Shown here piece after piece: positions 16,046 through 26,324 of a DNA stretch of 64,000 bases. Source of the stretch: Lachnospiraceae bacterium (GTDB lineage: Bacteria > Bacillota > Clostridia > Lachnospirales > Lachnospiraceae); the NCBI GenBank assembly GCA_021202335.1, contig JAJQDE010000061.1, positions 70,533-134,532 on the forward strand, read 5' to 3'. Both the position numbers and the translations under genes were made by a program. How positions within the stretch are numbered: position 1 is the first letter of the stretch; each line of letters starts with the position of its first letter. The notes under the pieces are model-generated. The model was not told the origin of the DNA. It saw nothing but the letters and a program-made list of their open reading frames with translations, and made no database searches.

Positions 16046-17794
16046 TATAAAAAGATAAAATATATTTTAGACAGAGAACAAAAAATAAAATTATTTGTCC
16101 TGCTTATTGTCATTCTTGTGGGAGCCCTTGTGGAGCTTTTGGGCGTATCTTCCATTATGCCGCTTATTGATGTGGCGACAAATCCTGACGCAGTGAATGA
16201 AAAATGGTATCTTGTGCTTGTAAGCGATACGTTTGGATTTAGTGAAGTCAAGCAGATTATCGCATTTCTTGCGCTTGTGCTGGTAGGCGTGTATATTGTC
16301 AAAAATCTGTATATCAGCATGATGTACAGTTTGCAGTACAGATTTATTTTTAATAATCAAAGACGGCTTGCCGTGAAAATGATGAATGCGTATATGCACC
16401 AAAACTATCTGTTTCATGTGTCGAGAAATGTCGCAGAGCTTCAGAGAAACGTTACTGAGGATGTAAACGGATTTTACACGGTAGTGTTGAACGCGATGCA
16501 GTTTATCGCGGAAGCGAGCGTATGCATTGTGCTTGTCGTATACCTGATGCGGACCGACGTCATGACTACGCTGGTGGTGGCGGCGCTGGTTTTTGTTTTT
16601 GCAGTGCTGGTGGGTATTGTGTTCAAAAAGACTCTCGTAAAAAAGGGAAAAGAGAACAGGAGCGTCAGCATAAGCCTTACCAAGTGGGTGCTGCAGTCAT
16701 TTTCGGGAATAAAAGAGATTAAGGTCATGAACAGAGAAGGCTTTTTTCTTCAAAATTACGAGAGTACATACCGCAGATTTACGGTATTGCAAAGGCAGCA
16801 GTCAATGCTTACGTTTATTCCACGCCCCATCATGGAAACGGTCTGCGTCGGCGGGCTTCTTCTGACAATGGCGGTTAAGGTATATGTGCTTGATACGGAT
16901 TTGACTGAATTTGTCCCTGCATTATCAGTGTTTGCGATAGCGGCGTTCAGAATGCTCCCGTCATTCAACAGGATTTCCGGTTACATGAGCGCAATGATGT
17001 TCAACAGACCGGCGATAGATGTGCTTTATGATGATCTGGTGGAAATAGAAAAGCTCAATGGAAAAGCTTATGAAGAAAATGGAGCTGCCAAGCCGCTTGT
17101 TATAAAAAACGGCATTTCGATTAAAAACGTATCCTTTCAATATCCTGCTTCGGACAGGCAGGTGCTTAAAAATCTTGATTTAGAGATTAAAAACAACACG
17201 TCCGTAGCCCTTATCGGCGCATCAGGAGCGGGAAAATCAACGCTTGCAGATGTGATACTGGGAGTTTTGGAGCCGCAAAGCGGAAGCATCCTTGTGGACG
17301 GAAAGGATATCAGCCAAAATATGGGCGCATGGCACGCAGCCATCGGCTATATTCCGCAGGCTATATATCTTATGGACGATACAATCAGGGCAAATGTCGC
17401 GTTTGGAATAGAGGAAGGTAAGATAGATGAAGCGATGCTTTGGAAAGCGCTGCATGAGGCACAGCTTGAGGAGTTTGTAAAGGACTTGCCGGACGGGCTT
17501 GATACGATGATAGGCGACAGGGGAGTCAAGCTTTCGGGAGGACAGCGCCAGCGCATCGGCATCGCCAGAGCCTTATATGGAAATCCGCAGGTGCTTATAC
17601 TTGACGAGGCGACATCGGCGCTTGATAATGAAACGGAAAAGGAAGTAATGGATGCGATAGACAGTCTTCACGGTACGAGAACACTGATTGTGATTGCCCA
17701 CAGACTCACCACGATAAGAAAATGCGACAAAATTTACGAAGTGGGAAACGGCACAATCCGTGCAAGGAGTAAGGAAGAGGTATTTGGGGGATAG
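16043..17794 (+). CDS. Half-type ABC transporter (TMD+NBD), PglK/Wzk-like lipid-linked glycan flippase
   Basis: Six TM helices, GASGAGKST, LSGGQRQRIGIARALY, ILDEATSALD, IAHRL. Located in a glycan locus. Confidence 0.85.
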   Translation: MYKKIKYILDREQKIKLFVLLIVILVGALVELLGVSSIMPLIDVATNPDAVNEKWYLVLVSDTFGFSEVKQIIAFLALVLVGVYIVKNLYISMMYSLQYRFIFNNQRRLAVKMMNAYMHQNYLFHVSRNVAELQRNVTEDVNGFYTVVLNAMQFIAEASVCIVLVVYLMRTDVMTTLVVAALVFVFAVLVGIVFKKTLVKKGKENRSVSISLTKWVLQSFSGIKEIKVMNREGFFLQNYESTYRRFTVLQRQQSMLTFIPRPIMETVCVGGLLLTMAVKVYVLDTDLTEFVPALSVFAIAAFRMLPSFNRISGYMSAMMFNRPAIDVLYDDLVEIEKLNGKAYEENGAAKPLVIKNGISIKNVSFQYPASDRQVLKNLDLEIKNNTSVALIGASGAGKSTLADVILGVLEPQSGSILVDGKDISQNMGAWHAAIGYIPQAIYLMDDTIRANVAFGIEEGKIDEAMLWKALHEAQLEEFVKDLPDGLDTMIGDRGVKLSGGQRQRIGIARALYGNPQVLILDEATSALDNETEKEVMDAIDSLHGTRTLIVIAHRLTTIRKCDKIYEVGNGTIRARSKEEVFGG

Positions 17795-17861
17795 GTTTTA
17801 TCCATAATGCCGGATAAACCGGTTATTATTTGGAATATTTTGAAACGCGGGGAAAAGTGTA

Positions 17862-19047
17862 ATGCTAAAGAAACACTTTACATTATTGGTAAGCATATGT
17901 ACAATTTTAAGCATCGGATTTGCATTTATCAATATTGTATATAATGAAACATATATGCTGTTGGTATATGATTTAAAAACCGGATTTACTGATAATGTTT
18001 CATATGCAGTAAGTGCTGCAGTGCTGATAGTTCTGACAGCGATACTTGGGGGGGGGTATATGGAGAATCCTGTTTGGCAGAATACATGTCATTGTGATGG
18101 TTACAATAAGGGGCAGGCTGTTTGTTGCCGCGACGGATGAAGATGATGGAGCCGATATAAATGCTGACAGACGGATAGACCTTGCATTTGTTTTAAATGT
18201 AATATGCAGTGCAGTCATTATTGCCTGCATGACGAATTTCATCGCTTTTTTTACGGAAACAAATATAACGGAAGGTACATGGGGATATCCGAAAACTGTC
18301 GGTCATTCGTTTGGGGCGGCGGATGGATATGACTATACGGGTTCATTGGAAGCTTTCCTATATAACTATAAATTGGGAAGAAGAACGATGGAAGTAGATT
18401 TAATCCTTACAACGGATGACAGGCTTGTGCTCAAACATGATTGGGATACGCCGGAACAGTTCGGGATATCCGAGGATAATCCGCCGGACGAGGAAACCTT
18501 TTTAAACACGAAAATCTTGGGAAAATATACGCCGTTAAGCTTTTCGGGGCTTTGTGAACTTATGGTGGAGTACCCGGATATATGGATTATCACTGATACA
18601 AAAAGCGTGGAAAGTGAAGAAATCAAGAAACAGTTTGCGGTTATGCTTGATACGGTGCACCGGTTAGGGTGCGAAGAAATTTTGGACAGGCTTATTATTC
18701 AGGTATATCATGAGGAGATGTATCAAATTGTAAATGATATATATCGGTTTGATAATTACATTTTTACCATGTATTGGCGGTTTGACAGCGATGATTGGCT
18801 GGAAACTACCAAAGAAGTATGCCGATTTTGCGTAAATAATGGAATAGAAACGATTACGATTGGGACGAATAGGATTTCGCCCGAAATGGAAGCTGTTGCA
18901 GAACGCTATGGAAGAAAAGTATATATCCATACGGTGAACGATCTGCAAAAAGCAGAGCAATATTTCCAAATGGGGGTAACGGGGATATATACCGATATAA
19001 TAACAGATGAGGATTTGCGGCAAAGTAAAACGGGAGATATTAAATGA
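17862..19047 (+). pseudogene. Membrane-anchored glycerophosphodiester phosphodiesterase (GDPD)-like gene split by a frameshift at a G9 tract
   Basis: ORF 17862-18140 (TM helices) and ORF 18046-19047 (GHSFG, EVDLILT.D..LVLKHD, IITDTK, YIHTVN, GIYTD) join at G9 (18048-18056). G8 would give one 394-aa ORF. Confidence 0.75.
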
Positions 19048-20279
19048 AAGAAATTAACCGGGAAAATAGAAGATTTTTAATAGTATTAATAGGAATCATG
19101 CTTATATGGGCGCTAAGCCTTTATCCGTTCAAGTTTGGCGGCTGGAATCAGATCATGCTGGCTTTTTCGTACAGATTTGGATTTATACAGAGGGCGTTTA
19201 TCGGGAGCGTGATTGATGTTGTTTCAACGGTATTTAGGATACCATTGAAATATATGAGATATCTGTATGGAATCAGTACGGTGGGAATATTTACGTTAGG
19301 CGCGCTGCTTATTGTATATAAGGCGTTGATACATGCTGAAGGCGACAATACCGTAAAGTGCTTTTATAAGGGTATGGCGCTGGTGTTTTTTATGGGACCG
19401 GGGTGGTGCACGAATTACAATAATTTTGCACTCACGGATATGTGGCTTCCGATGATTTCATTAATCGGGGTATGGTTTATTCTTAAAGGGAAGCATGTTT
19501 GGATTTCTCTGGCAGCGACTGTTATCTGCGTACTGATTCATCCGGCATATGTTTTTTTATATTTCAATTTGATTTTGGCAGCATTTATATATAAGGAATT
19601 TTTGGCAAATGACAGAACGGATAAAAAAAGCCTTATTTGGCTGGCAATTGTTTTTGCTTTTGGTTCAGTGTTATTTATATATATGATGTTTTTCTCGCAT
19701 GCGCGTGAGGGCGTCACTGCTGATGAAATAATGCAGAGAGCGGCAATTGTTGTCGATAAAAGTGTTGAGGAGATAAGCAACCATGAACCGACTGTAAGAG
19801 GGTATCTGCTGAGGGACGGCGGCGAAAGTGGTGTACAGCTTGTAATAAACAGCTATTGGCTTTTGCTGGCGGTATCGGTTATAATGTTTATGCCCTTTAT
19901 TTTTGAAATCTTTAAATATTGGAAATACGTTTATAAAGAAGCTAAGAGCAATGGAATAAAGAACCACATACTTTACGCCTTGTTGCCGATGGGCGTAGTT
20001 ACGGCTGCGCCAATGTATATTATGCATAATGATTATGGAAGATGGACTTATGCGGTATTTTTCTATGAGTTTGCAATTATTTGGATTTTTAATTTATTGA
20101 AAGATGCGAACGTAAAAAAAGCAACGTATGATTTGATGGAAAGAGTATTTTCGCATAAGGCTTATTATCTGCTGCTGCTTTTTTATGCCGCTGTGTCAGG
20201 ACCATTTCAGCAGAATTTAATTAATCCGATGATTTCAAAGCTGGAAACGCTTGGATGGAAGCTTTTGGGAGTGTATTGA
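19044..20279 (+). CDS. Polytopic membrane protein, probable GT-C/polymerase-like
   Basis: About 10 hydrophobic segments, motifs SYRFGFIQRAFIG, IHPAY, NDYGRW. ATGA overlap. Confidence 0.55.
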   Translation: MKEINRENRRFLIVLIGIMLIWALSLYPFKFGGWNQIMLAFSYRFGFIQRAFIGSVIDVVSTVFRIPLKYMRYLYGISTVGIFTLGALLIVYKALIHAEGDNTVKCFYKGMALVFFMGPGWCTNYNNFALTDMWLPMISLIGVWFILKGKHVWISLAATVICVLIHPAYVFLYFNLILAAFIYKEFLANDRTDKKSLIWLAIVFAFGSVLFIYMMFFSHAREGVTADEIMQRAAIVVDKSVEEISNHEPTVRGYLLRDGGESGVQLVINSYWLLLAVSVIMFMPFIFEIFKYWKYVYKEAKSNGIKNHILYALLPMGVVTAAPMYIMHNDYGRWTYAVFFYEFAIIWIFNLLKDANVKKATYDLMERVFSHKAYYLLLLFYAAVSGPFQQNLINPMISKLETLGWKLLGVY

Positions 20280-20281
20280 TT

Positions 20282-21853
20282 ATGGCTGTGGAGGAAGAAA
20301 CTAATTCAAAAGTAAATATATTGAAACAGGTTATAGTTCAGGTAATAATGTTTATGCTTATATTTCTTACCTGCAGCCTGGTATGGTGCATGGACAACTT
20401 TGGGAATATAGGTATGGAGCAAATTGTTTTCACGCTGAATATGCCTTTAAAGGGAGCATCGACTAATTATTTTTACAGTTACTTTATAAGAGCATTTTTG
20501 CCTGCGATTATTCTGTTTGTGTTGGAGATGTTCCTATGGTTCAAAAAGAAGAAACGGGCGTATATTCTTCAGGCTCAGATAAGAGGTAAAAGCCATGATG
20601 TGCGCTTGTGGCCGATAAGAGTCAGCCCTTTAGCAACAATATTTGTGTTTGCTGTTTGGACATTTGGAATTGTATGTACGGCGGATGATAATTTTCAGAT
20701 ATCAGATTATATAAAAAATCAGTTGGAGGCTTCGGAATTCATAGAAGAAAATTATGTAAATCCGTTGAGTATAGATATTACATTTCCGGATGATAAACCT
20801 AATATAATATGTATCTATATGGAGTCGGCGGAAACGAGTCTGCAGGATTTTGATAACGGAGGATTGATGGATGTAAATGTGATTCCTGAAATGACGGCGC
20901 TTGCCAAAGAGAATATCAGTTTTTCACAGTCAGGACTTATTGAAGGCGCGGCGGTCGCGCCGGGCTGCGGATGGACAATGGCAGGGCTGGTGGCACAGAC
21001 GGCAGGTATTCCCATTAAGCTTTACACATATGGGGATGAGGGCGCTCTGTATAATTCACTGGGAGCTTATAAATCGTTTCTGCCGGGAGTGGTGAGCATC
21101 GGTGAAATATTGGAGGATGAGGGATATCATAACTTTTTCATGGCAGGCTCGGATTTTAGCTTTGGCGGAAGAACAGATTACTTTGAACAGCACGGAAACT
21201 ATACAATATGGGATTTGTATTCTGCGAAAGAAGAAGGGAAAATCCCAGAGGATTATAGCGAGGCCTGGGGCTTTGAGGACGAGAAGCTTTATGAATATGC
21301 TAAGGAAAAGCTGTTGGAGCTTGCAAGCAAGGATGAACCGTTTAATTTTTCCATGCTTACGGTTGATACACATGCAGGGGGAGGGTACCGGTGTGAATTA
21401 TGTCCGGATACGTTTGAGGACAACTATTTGAATGTATGGGCGTGCGCCTCACAACAGGTATATAATTTTGTAGAGTGGATAAAGGAGCAGGAATTTTATG
21501 AAAATACAGTGGTTTATATAGCAGGTGACCATTGTAGTATGGAGAGTGATTTCCTTACGGATTACTCATCGGATAAATTTAACGGAAGTGTTGACAGAAA
21601 AGTTTATAATGTGTTTATCAATGCGAGATCAGCCCCGTTAAAGACGGAGAATAGAAAATTTACAACGATGGATTTGTGCCCGACTGTGCTTGCCGCCATG
21701 GGAGCCGTCATAGAGGGTGACAGGATAGGCTTAGGAGTGAATCTGTTTTCCGATAGCAGCACTTTGGCTGAAATATATGGGTATGACACACTGTTTTCGG
21801 AACTGTCAAAGAAATCTAACTTTTATGATAATGAATTATTATATACAAATTAA
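20282..21853 (+). CDS. LTA-synthase/OpgB-like phosphoglycerol transferase (copy 1)
   Basis: N-terminal TMs, IYMESAE, catalytic Thr in GCGWTMAG, MLTVDTH, AGDH, GLGVNLFS. Confidence 0.85.
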   Translation: MAVEEETNSKVNILKQVIVQVIMFMLIFLTCSLVWCMDNFGNIGMEQIVFTLNMPLKGASTNYFYSYFIRAFLPAIILFVLEMFLWFKKKKRAYILQAQIRGKSHDVRLWPIRVSPLATIFVFAVWTFGIVCTADDNFQISDYIKNQLEASEFIEENYVNPLSIDITFPDDKPNIICIYMESAETSLQDFDNGGLMDVNVIPEMTALAKENISFSQSGLIEGAAVAPGCGWTMAGLVAQTAGIPIKLYTYGDEGALYNSLGAYKSFLPGVVSIGEILEDEGYHNFFMAGSDFSFGGRTDYFEQHGNYTIWDLYSAKEEGKIPEDYSEAWGFEDEKLYEYAKEKLLELASKDEPFNFSMLTVDTHAGGGYRCELCPDTFEDNYLNVWACASQQVYNFVEWIKEQEFYENTVVYIAGDHCSMESDFLTDYSSDKFNGSVDRKVYNVFINARSAPLKTENRKFTTMDLCPTVLAAMGAVIEGDRIGLGVNLFSDSSTLAEIYGYDTLFSELSKKSNFYDNELLYTN

Positions 21854-21890
21854 AAAAGAACAAACAAAGCTTGAAGAAAGCTCGTTATGA

Positions 21891-21917
21891 CTATTTGTGC
21901 AGGAGCGTCACAAATAG
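21891..21917. other. 9-bp stem hairpin in the intergenic region
   Basis: ctatttgtg-caggagcgt-cacaaatag followed by cttt. Weak terminator or leader structure. Confidence 0.5.
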
Positions 21918-21962
21918 CTTTGATGGAATTACGTTGCTAACGCTCCGGAATGGAGGATTAAA

Positions 21963-22283
21963 ATGTTCACTTATTTGATAGTTTTAGGAACCGGGGCGAT
22001 AACTTTTGTTATTGAGAAGAAACTGGCAGGAAAGCGGGATGACAGGGCCGTTTTTATGGTAATTGAATATTTGATGTATGTTGGCATTGATTTAGTGTCA
22101 ACATATTTGCTGCTTAGTCCGACGGGAAGGATTACAATGGTGCAGTCTGAAGCGGGAACCTCGGAAATTGTATACGGCAGTTCTGCAATTATCGTGTCGA
22201 TTGTGCTGTCTGTAATATGGGGGCTGGTATTTGCGTTTTTGAATAAAAACGTTAAGTTTGATGTGCGTATTGATAAGAAGTGA
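21963..22283 (+). CDS. Small membrane protein, unknown family (copy 1)
   Basis: 106 aa, three hydrophobic segments, GGAGG SD. Clearly paralogous to 27893-28216. Confidence 0.75.
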   Translation: MFTYLIVLGTGAITFVIEKKLAGKRDDRAVFMVIEYLMYVGIDLVSTYLLLSPTGRITMVQSEAGTSEIVYGSSAIIVSIVLSVIWGLVFAFLNKNVKFDVRIDKK

Positions 22284-22297
22284 GAAGGCGCGGCGGG

Positions 22298-23242
22298 ATG
22301 GATAAATTAAAAAAAGCCATAAAAATATTAGCTGTATTACTGATAGCATTGATTATATTTTTTAAAATAGAGGAAATAGCGGATTGTATTACGTCATTTA
22401 AGGCAAAAGTATTCTCTGTCATGGAAAATCCGGAGAATACAGAAAACTTAAGTTTGACAGATGTTGATTTTTCGGTGTATACACCTCTTGCGGATGAAGA
22501 AGGAGCTTGGTATTGCAATAATCCGATTGTTGCACATGCTGGGGGGGGGTATTATGGGAAAACATATACTAATTGCCTGGAGGCTATGCGGCTGGCTGTT
22601 GAAAATGGGATTAACGTTATAGAGGTTGATATGGTGGTGACTTCGGATAATCAGATAATTCTGAAGCACGATTGGGATGAGGATGAGGACGGAAATGATA
22701 TTGTGCTGTCGCATAAGGAGTTTATGAGTAGTGCTATTGAACGGTTGTATACTCCAATGGATATTTATTCCCTGTTTGAACTGATGAACTCTTATGATGA
22801 GCTTTATATTATTGTGGATGTGAAAGCGCCGCTTGAAGTATATGAGCTTTTGGCTGAGGCGGCGAGGGATACGGATAATCTGGAACTGATGGATCGGTTT
22901 ATCATACAACTGTATACAAGGGACAGTATTTCACAGATTAAGGAGATATATCCGTTTCCGAGTCTGTTATATACTCTATATGTGAGCGGCGACAGGGATT
23001 TCAACGCTATTGCGGCTTTTTGCCTCGAAAATGACATTCACGTCATTACAATGCCCGTCGGCTGGGCAGCCTCTTATGAAGATGAACTCAAGGTGTTTAA
23101 TGAACAGAATGTGCATGTGTATGTCCATACCGTAAATGACATTCAGACGGTAATTGACATGAACGGCAGGGGTATATCCGGATTTTACAGTGATTGGCTG
23201 CGCCCGGAGGACTTGAGAAAAGTGGGACTCTTATCTGATTAG
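22298..23242 (+). CDS. GDPD-like phosphodiesterase with N-terminal anchor (copy 2)
   Basis: AHAGGG, EVDMVVTSD..ILKHD, IIVDVK, YVHTVND, GFYSD. In-frame G9 tract at 22541-22549. Confidence 0.82.
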   Translation: MDKLKKAIKILAVLLIALIIFFKIEEIADCITSFKAKVFSVMENPENTENLSLTDVDFSVYTPLADEEGAWYCNNPIVAHAGGGYYGKTYTNCLEAMRLAVENGINVIEVDMVVTSDNQIILKHDWDEDEDGNDIVLSHKEFMSSAIERLYTPMDIYSLFELMNSYDELYIIVDVKAPLEVYELLAEAARDTDNLELMDRFIIQLYTRDSISQIKEIYPFPSLLYTLYVSGDRDFNAIAAFCLENDIHVITMPVGWAASYEDELKVFNEQNVHVYVHTVNDIQTVIDMNGRGISGFYSDWLRPEDLRKVGLLSD

Positions 23243-23266
23243 AGAAAGGTAAAGGTACTTAAAGCT

Positions 23267-24826
23267 TTGGGAAAAATAATCTCAGCAGATGAAACAATTC
23301 AAACGGCATATTTAAAGCTTTCAAAGCCATTCAAAACAGCATTTTCTTCCGCGTGTATTTGGGGCATTGCGGCGCATTTATACATGTTTATGAATAAGCT
23401 TCCAAACTATGACGATATGGGACTAAACGGATTTGGAGCGACATTTAAGCTTGGAAGGTGGTTTTTATGGGTTTTAGGCGCCGCAGCATATCATTTGGAT
23501 TTTGTTTACAGCCTGCCGTGGGTAAACGGTATGCTCACACTTTTCTTTATTGCATTGTCAGCGGGGCTTGTGGCGGATATTTTCAGCGTGAAGAGCTTTG
23601 TGGGCAATGCGCTGATGGGAGCGGCAATGGTGGTATATCCAAGCTGGACTGCTACATTTTTCTTTATGTTTACTGCGCCATATTACGCTGTTTCATTGTT
23701 TTTGGCGGTCTTGGCTGTTTATATATCAATGAAAGGAGCACGGAGCTTCGTACCGTCTGCCTTTCTTATTGCCTGCTCATTGGGAATTTATCAGGCGTAT
23801 CTCCCGTTTGCGGCGATAATATATGTTATGGCGCTGCTGTTGATGCTTACCGAAAGTAAAAACGACTATATTAAAATAATCAGAAGTTCTTTTTACTATC
23901 TCGCACAGCTTGCTGCAGGGGTGGCAATCTATCTGGTTATTACAAAGATATCATTGATTGTCACCGGTCAGGAATTAGCGGATTATAAGGGCGTTAATTC
24001 GATGGGAAGTCTTTCGGGCTTTCGGTTTTCCGAATTTATTGAAACCGTCCTGTACGATTTTTTAGGGCTGGCTTATAACAATAATTTGGAGCTTAGCTAT
24101 AATTATGTGACGAAATTTATGTATGCGTTCTTGATTGTGTTGTCGGGAGCGTTTATAATACTATTGATAATACGGAATATAAAAGAAAGACAATATCTTA
24201 AAGCAATAGAAACGGCGGTGATTGCGGCTGCTTTTGTTATTGCAATAAACAGCATCTGTCTTGTAAGCGATGAGGTGTACTCATTGATGCGGTATTCATA
24301 TGTGGGTCTGTTGCTCCTTCCCATATGCCTTGTTGACAGATACAAAAATTCTTCGCAGGGACAGCGCAAGGTTAATCATATATTGAGGGCGGAGTGGGCG
24401 ATGGTATTGGTTTTAGCTGCCGGAATTATGAGCTATTGCCATTTTGCAAATGCACAGTATTTAAGTATGGATTTAGGCCTTAAACAGGCGTCCTCATATT
24501 ATGGGACGATTATCACCCAAATAAAAGAACTCGAGGGTTATGAACCTGAGATGAAGACGGCGTTCATAGGATATGATAATATAGAAGATAAGAGCCTGTA
24601 CAGAAATCAGATTATGGAAGTATTTGAAATGAGTGGCAGGGACAGTGTAATGGCGCAGGCTTACAGCATAGAATACTTTTTGAAATACTATTGCGGATTT
24701 GACACGGAGCTGATTGAAATTGATTCAGATAATGAAGAAGTGCGGCAAATGCCAACATATCCTATGGAAGGTTCCATAAAAATAGTTGATGATGTCGTTG
24801 TGGTAAAGTTTTCGGATGGAATGTAA
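23267..24826 (+). CDS. Glucosyltransferase GtrII-like (Glucos_trans_II, GT-C) membrane protein (copy 1)
   Basis: NKLPNYDD, GRWFL, SLGIYQAY, YKGVNSMG, C-terminal MPTYPMEGSIKIVDDVVVVKF. Paralog of 28229-29821. Confidence 0.8.
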   Translation: MGKIISADETIQTAYLKLSKPFKTAFSSACIWGIAAHLYMFMNKLPNYDDMGLNGFGATFKLGRWFLWVLGAAAYHLDFVYSLPWVNGMLTLFFIALSAGLVADIFSVKSFVGNALMGAAMVVYPSWTATFFFMFTAPYYAVSLFLAVLAVYISMKGARSFVPSAFLIACSLGIYQAYLPFAAIIYVMALLLMLTESKNDYIKIIRSSFYYLAQLAAGVAIYLVITKISLIVTGQELADYKGVNSMGSLSGFRFSEFIETVLYDFLGLAYNNNLELSYNYVTKFMYAFLIVLSGAFIILLIIRNIKERQYLKAIETAVIAAAFVIAINSICLVSDEVYSLMRYSYVGLLLLPICLVDRYKNSSQGQRKVNHILRAEWAMVLVLAAGIMSYCHFANAQYLSMDLGLKQASSYYGTIITQIKELEGYEPEMKTAFIGYDNIEDKSLYRNQIMEVFEMSGRDSVMAQAYSIEYFLKYYCGFDTELIEIDSDNEEVRQMPTYPMEGSIKIVDDVVVVKFSDGM

Positions 24827-24828
24827 AA

Positions 24829-26292
24829 TTGGGAGAGATTAGGGCAAATATACAAAAAGAAAAGAAAAATATCTTCGCAGCGGCAAAGAATCTGTTATGC
24901 TCGCAGAAAGCGCCGGGATTGATTGAATACGGGATTCTTTTTTTGTTCTTTATGCTTACGTTTACGACAATGATGTACGGAGATACAAAAGCGTTCGTGC
25001 ATTACGGCGTAAATTTTTGGAAGAGCATTACGGAAGGCGGCGGACTTCGCAATTTTTATGAGTATTCCAACGATATGCTGGCGTATTACAGAGCTAACGG
25101 AATTGGCGGAGCATATGAAGTGATTTATGATTTCCCGGTTTATATCGTGCTTGGCATATGGAATTTTCCATTGTGGATTGTATGCAGCGCTTTTGGGATT
25201 GAAGAAACATCGAGCATGTGGACAATGCTTTATTCAAAATCAGAATATATTGCGGCGCTTATCATCGTGGCATATCTTATACGTAAAATCTGCAGGAATA
25301 TCGGCGTGGAGGATGTTATGTCGAAGTGGGCGGCGTTTCTGTTTTTGTCCTCAACGCTTGTGTTTGTGGAGATAGGAATTGCAGGGCAGTTAGACGTGCT
25401 GGGAATGCCCTTTACGTTATTGGCAGTATATTATTTTCGGAAAAAATGCAGATGGAAATTTTTACTGTTTTTTTCCATATCCGTTACCTTTAAGCAGTTT
25501 CCGCTGTTTATATTTCTTCCTTTGGTGATGCTGATAGAGAAAAACGTTTTAAAAATAGCTGTCGATACCCTTATTGTCTTTGCGGTCACTATCATTTCAG
25601 GACTGCCTTTTCCTAAGGGTACGGAGGCCATGCAGGTAAAGGAAGAAATCAGAAGTCAATTTATGGCATCTTTTTTGGGGGTAAAGGCTCCGCTGTATAA
25701 CAGTGCAGTTCCGGTCATAGTGCTTCTGATAGGCGGGCTATGCGTATTCTGTTACTTGAAAAATATAAGGGATGATAGGGAACTGGAGCAATATTCCGTA
25801 TTTATCCCTGCACTGTCAATGTTCGTATTGTTTATATCATTTGACAGCAATCCGTATTGGTTTATACATCTTGCGCCTTTTATGGCAATATTGATTGCAT
25901 ATAATTCAAGCCGCTTTAATCAGTTGATTTTATTTGAAACGGTTGGGATGCTGTGTCTGATATTGAACCAGTTTGGGGCAAATTATTGGGTATATGAGAG
26001 TTATTGGGCGCGGGGGATGCTTTTGGATAAGATATTCGGATATCCTGAAAATCTTATAACCTTGGAACGCTTTGGCGCATCTGCGGGGCTGGATGAATTT
26101 TACGGAGTGTTTTTTGCCGGATTTGTTATTTGCATCGTAGCCTGCCTGCTCATAAGCCTGCCGGGAAAAATGAAGCAGGGTGAGGATGTTGCCGTAAGAC
26201 CGTATGCGATGCTCAGAATGCTTTTAAACGCAGGAATTTCATGGATACCCGGATTTTTGTTTGTGATTTCTCATTACATCACTCTTAACTGA
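24829..26292 (+). CDS. GT-C superfamily (GT87/DUF2029-like) membrane glycosyltransferase
   Basis: Polytopic, with GQLDV, SVTFKQFPLF and NPYW motifs. Confidence 0.6.
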   Translation: MGEIRANIQKEKKNIFAAAKNLLCSQKAPGLIEYGILFLFFMLTFTTMMYGDTKAFVHYGVNFWKSITEGGGLRNFYEYSNDMLAYYRANGIGGAYEVIYDFPVYIVLGIWNFPLWIVCSAFGIEETSSMWTMLYSKSEYIAALIIVAYLIRKICRNIGVEDVMSKWAAFLFLSSTLVFVEIGIAGQLDVLGMPFTLLAVYYFRKKCRWKFLLFFSISVTFKQFPLFIFLPLVMLIEKNVLKIAVDTLIVFAVTIISGLPFPKGTEAMQVKEEIRSQFMASFLGVKAPLYNSAVPVIVLLIGGLCVFCYLKNIRDDRELEQYSVFIPALSMFVLFISFDSNPYWFIHLAPFMAILIAYNSSRFNQLILFETVGMLCLILNQFGANYWVYESYWARGMLLDKIFGYPENLITLERFGASAGLDEFYGVFFAGFVICIVACLLISLPGKMKQGEDVAVRPYAMLRMLLNAGISWIPGFLFVISHYITLN

Positions 26293-26324
26293 CATTTGGC
26301 ATTGCTTTTGGAATGGAGGAGTAT

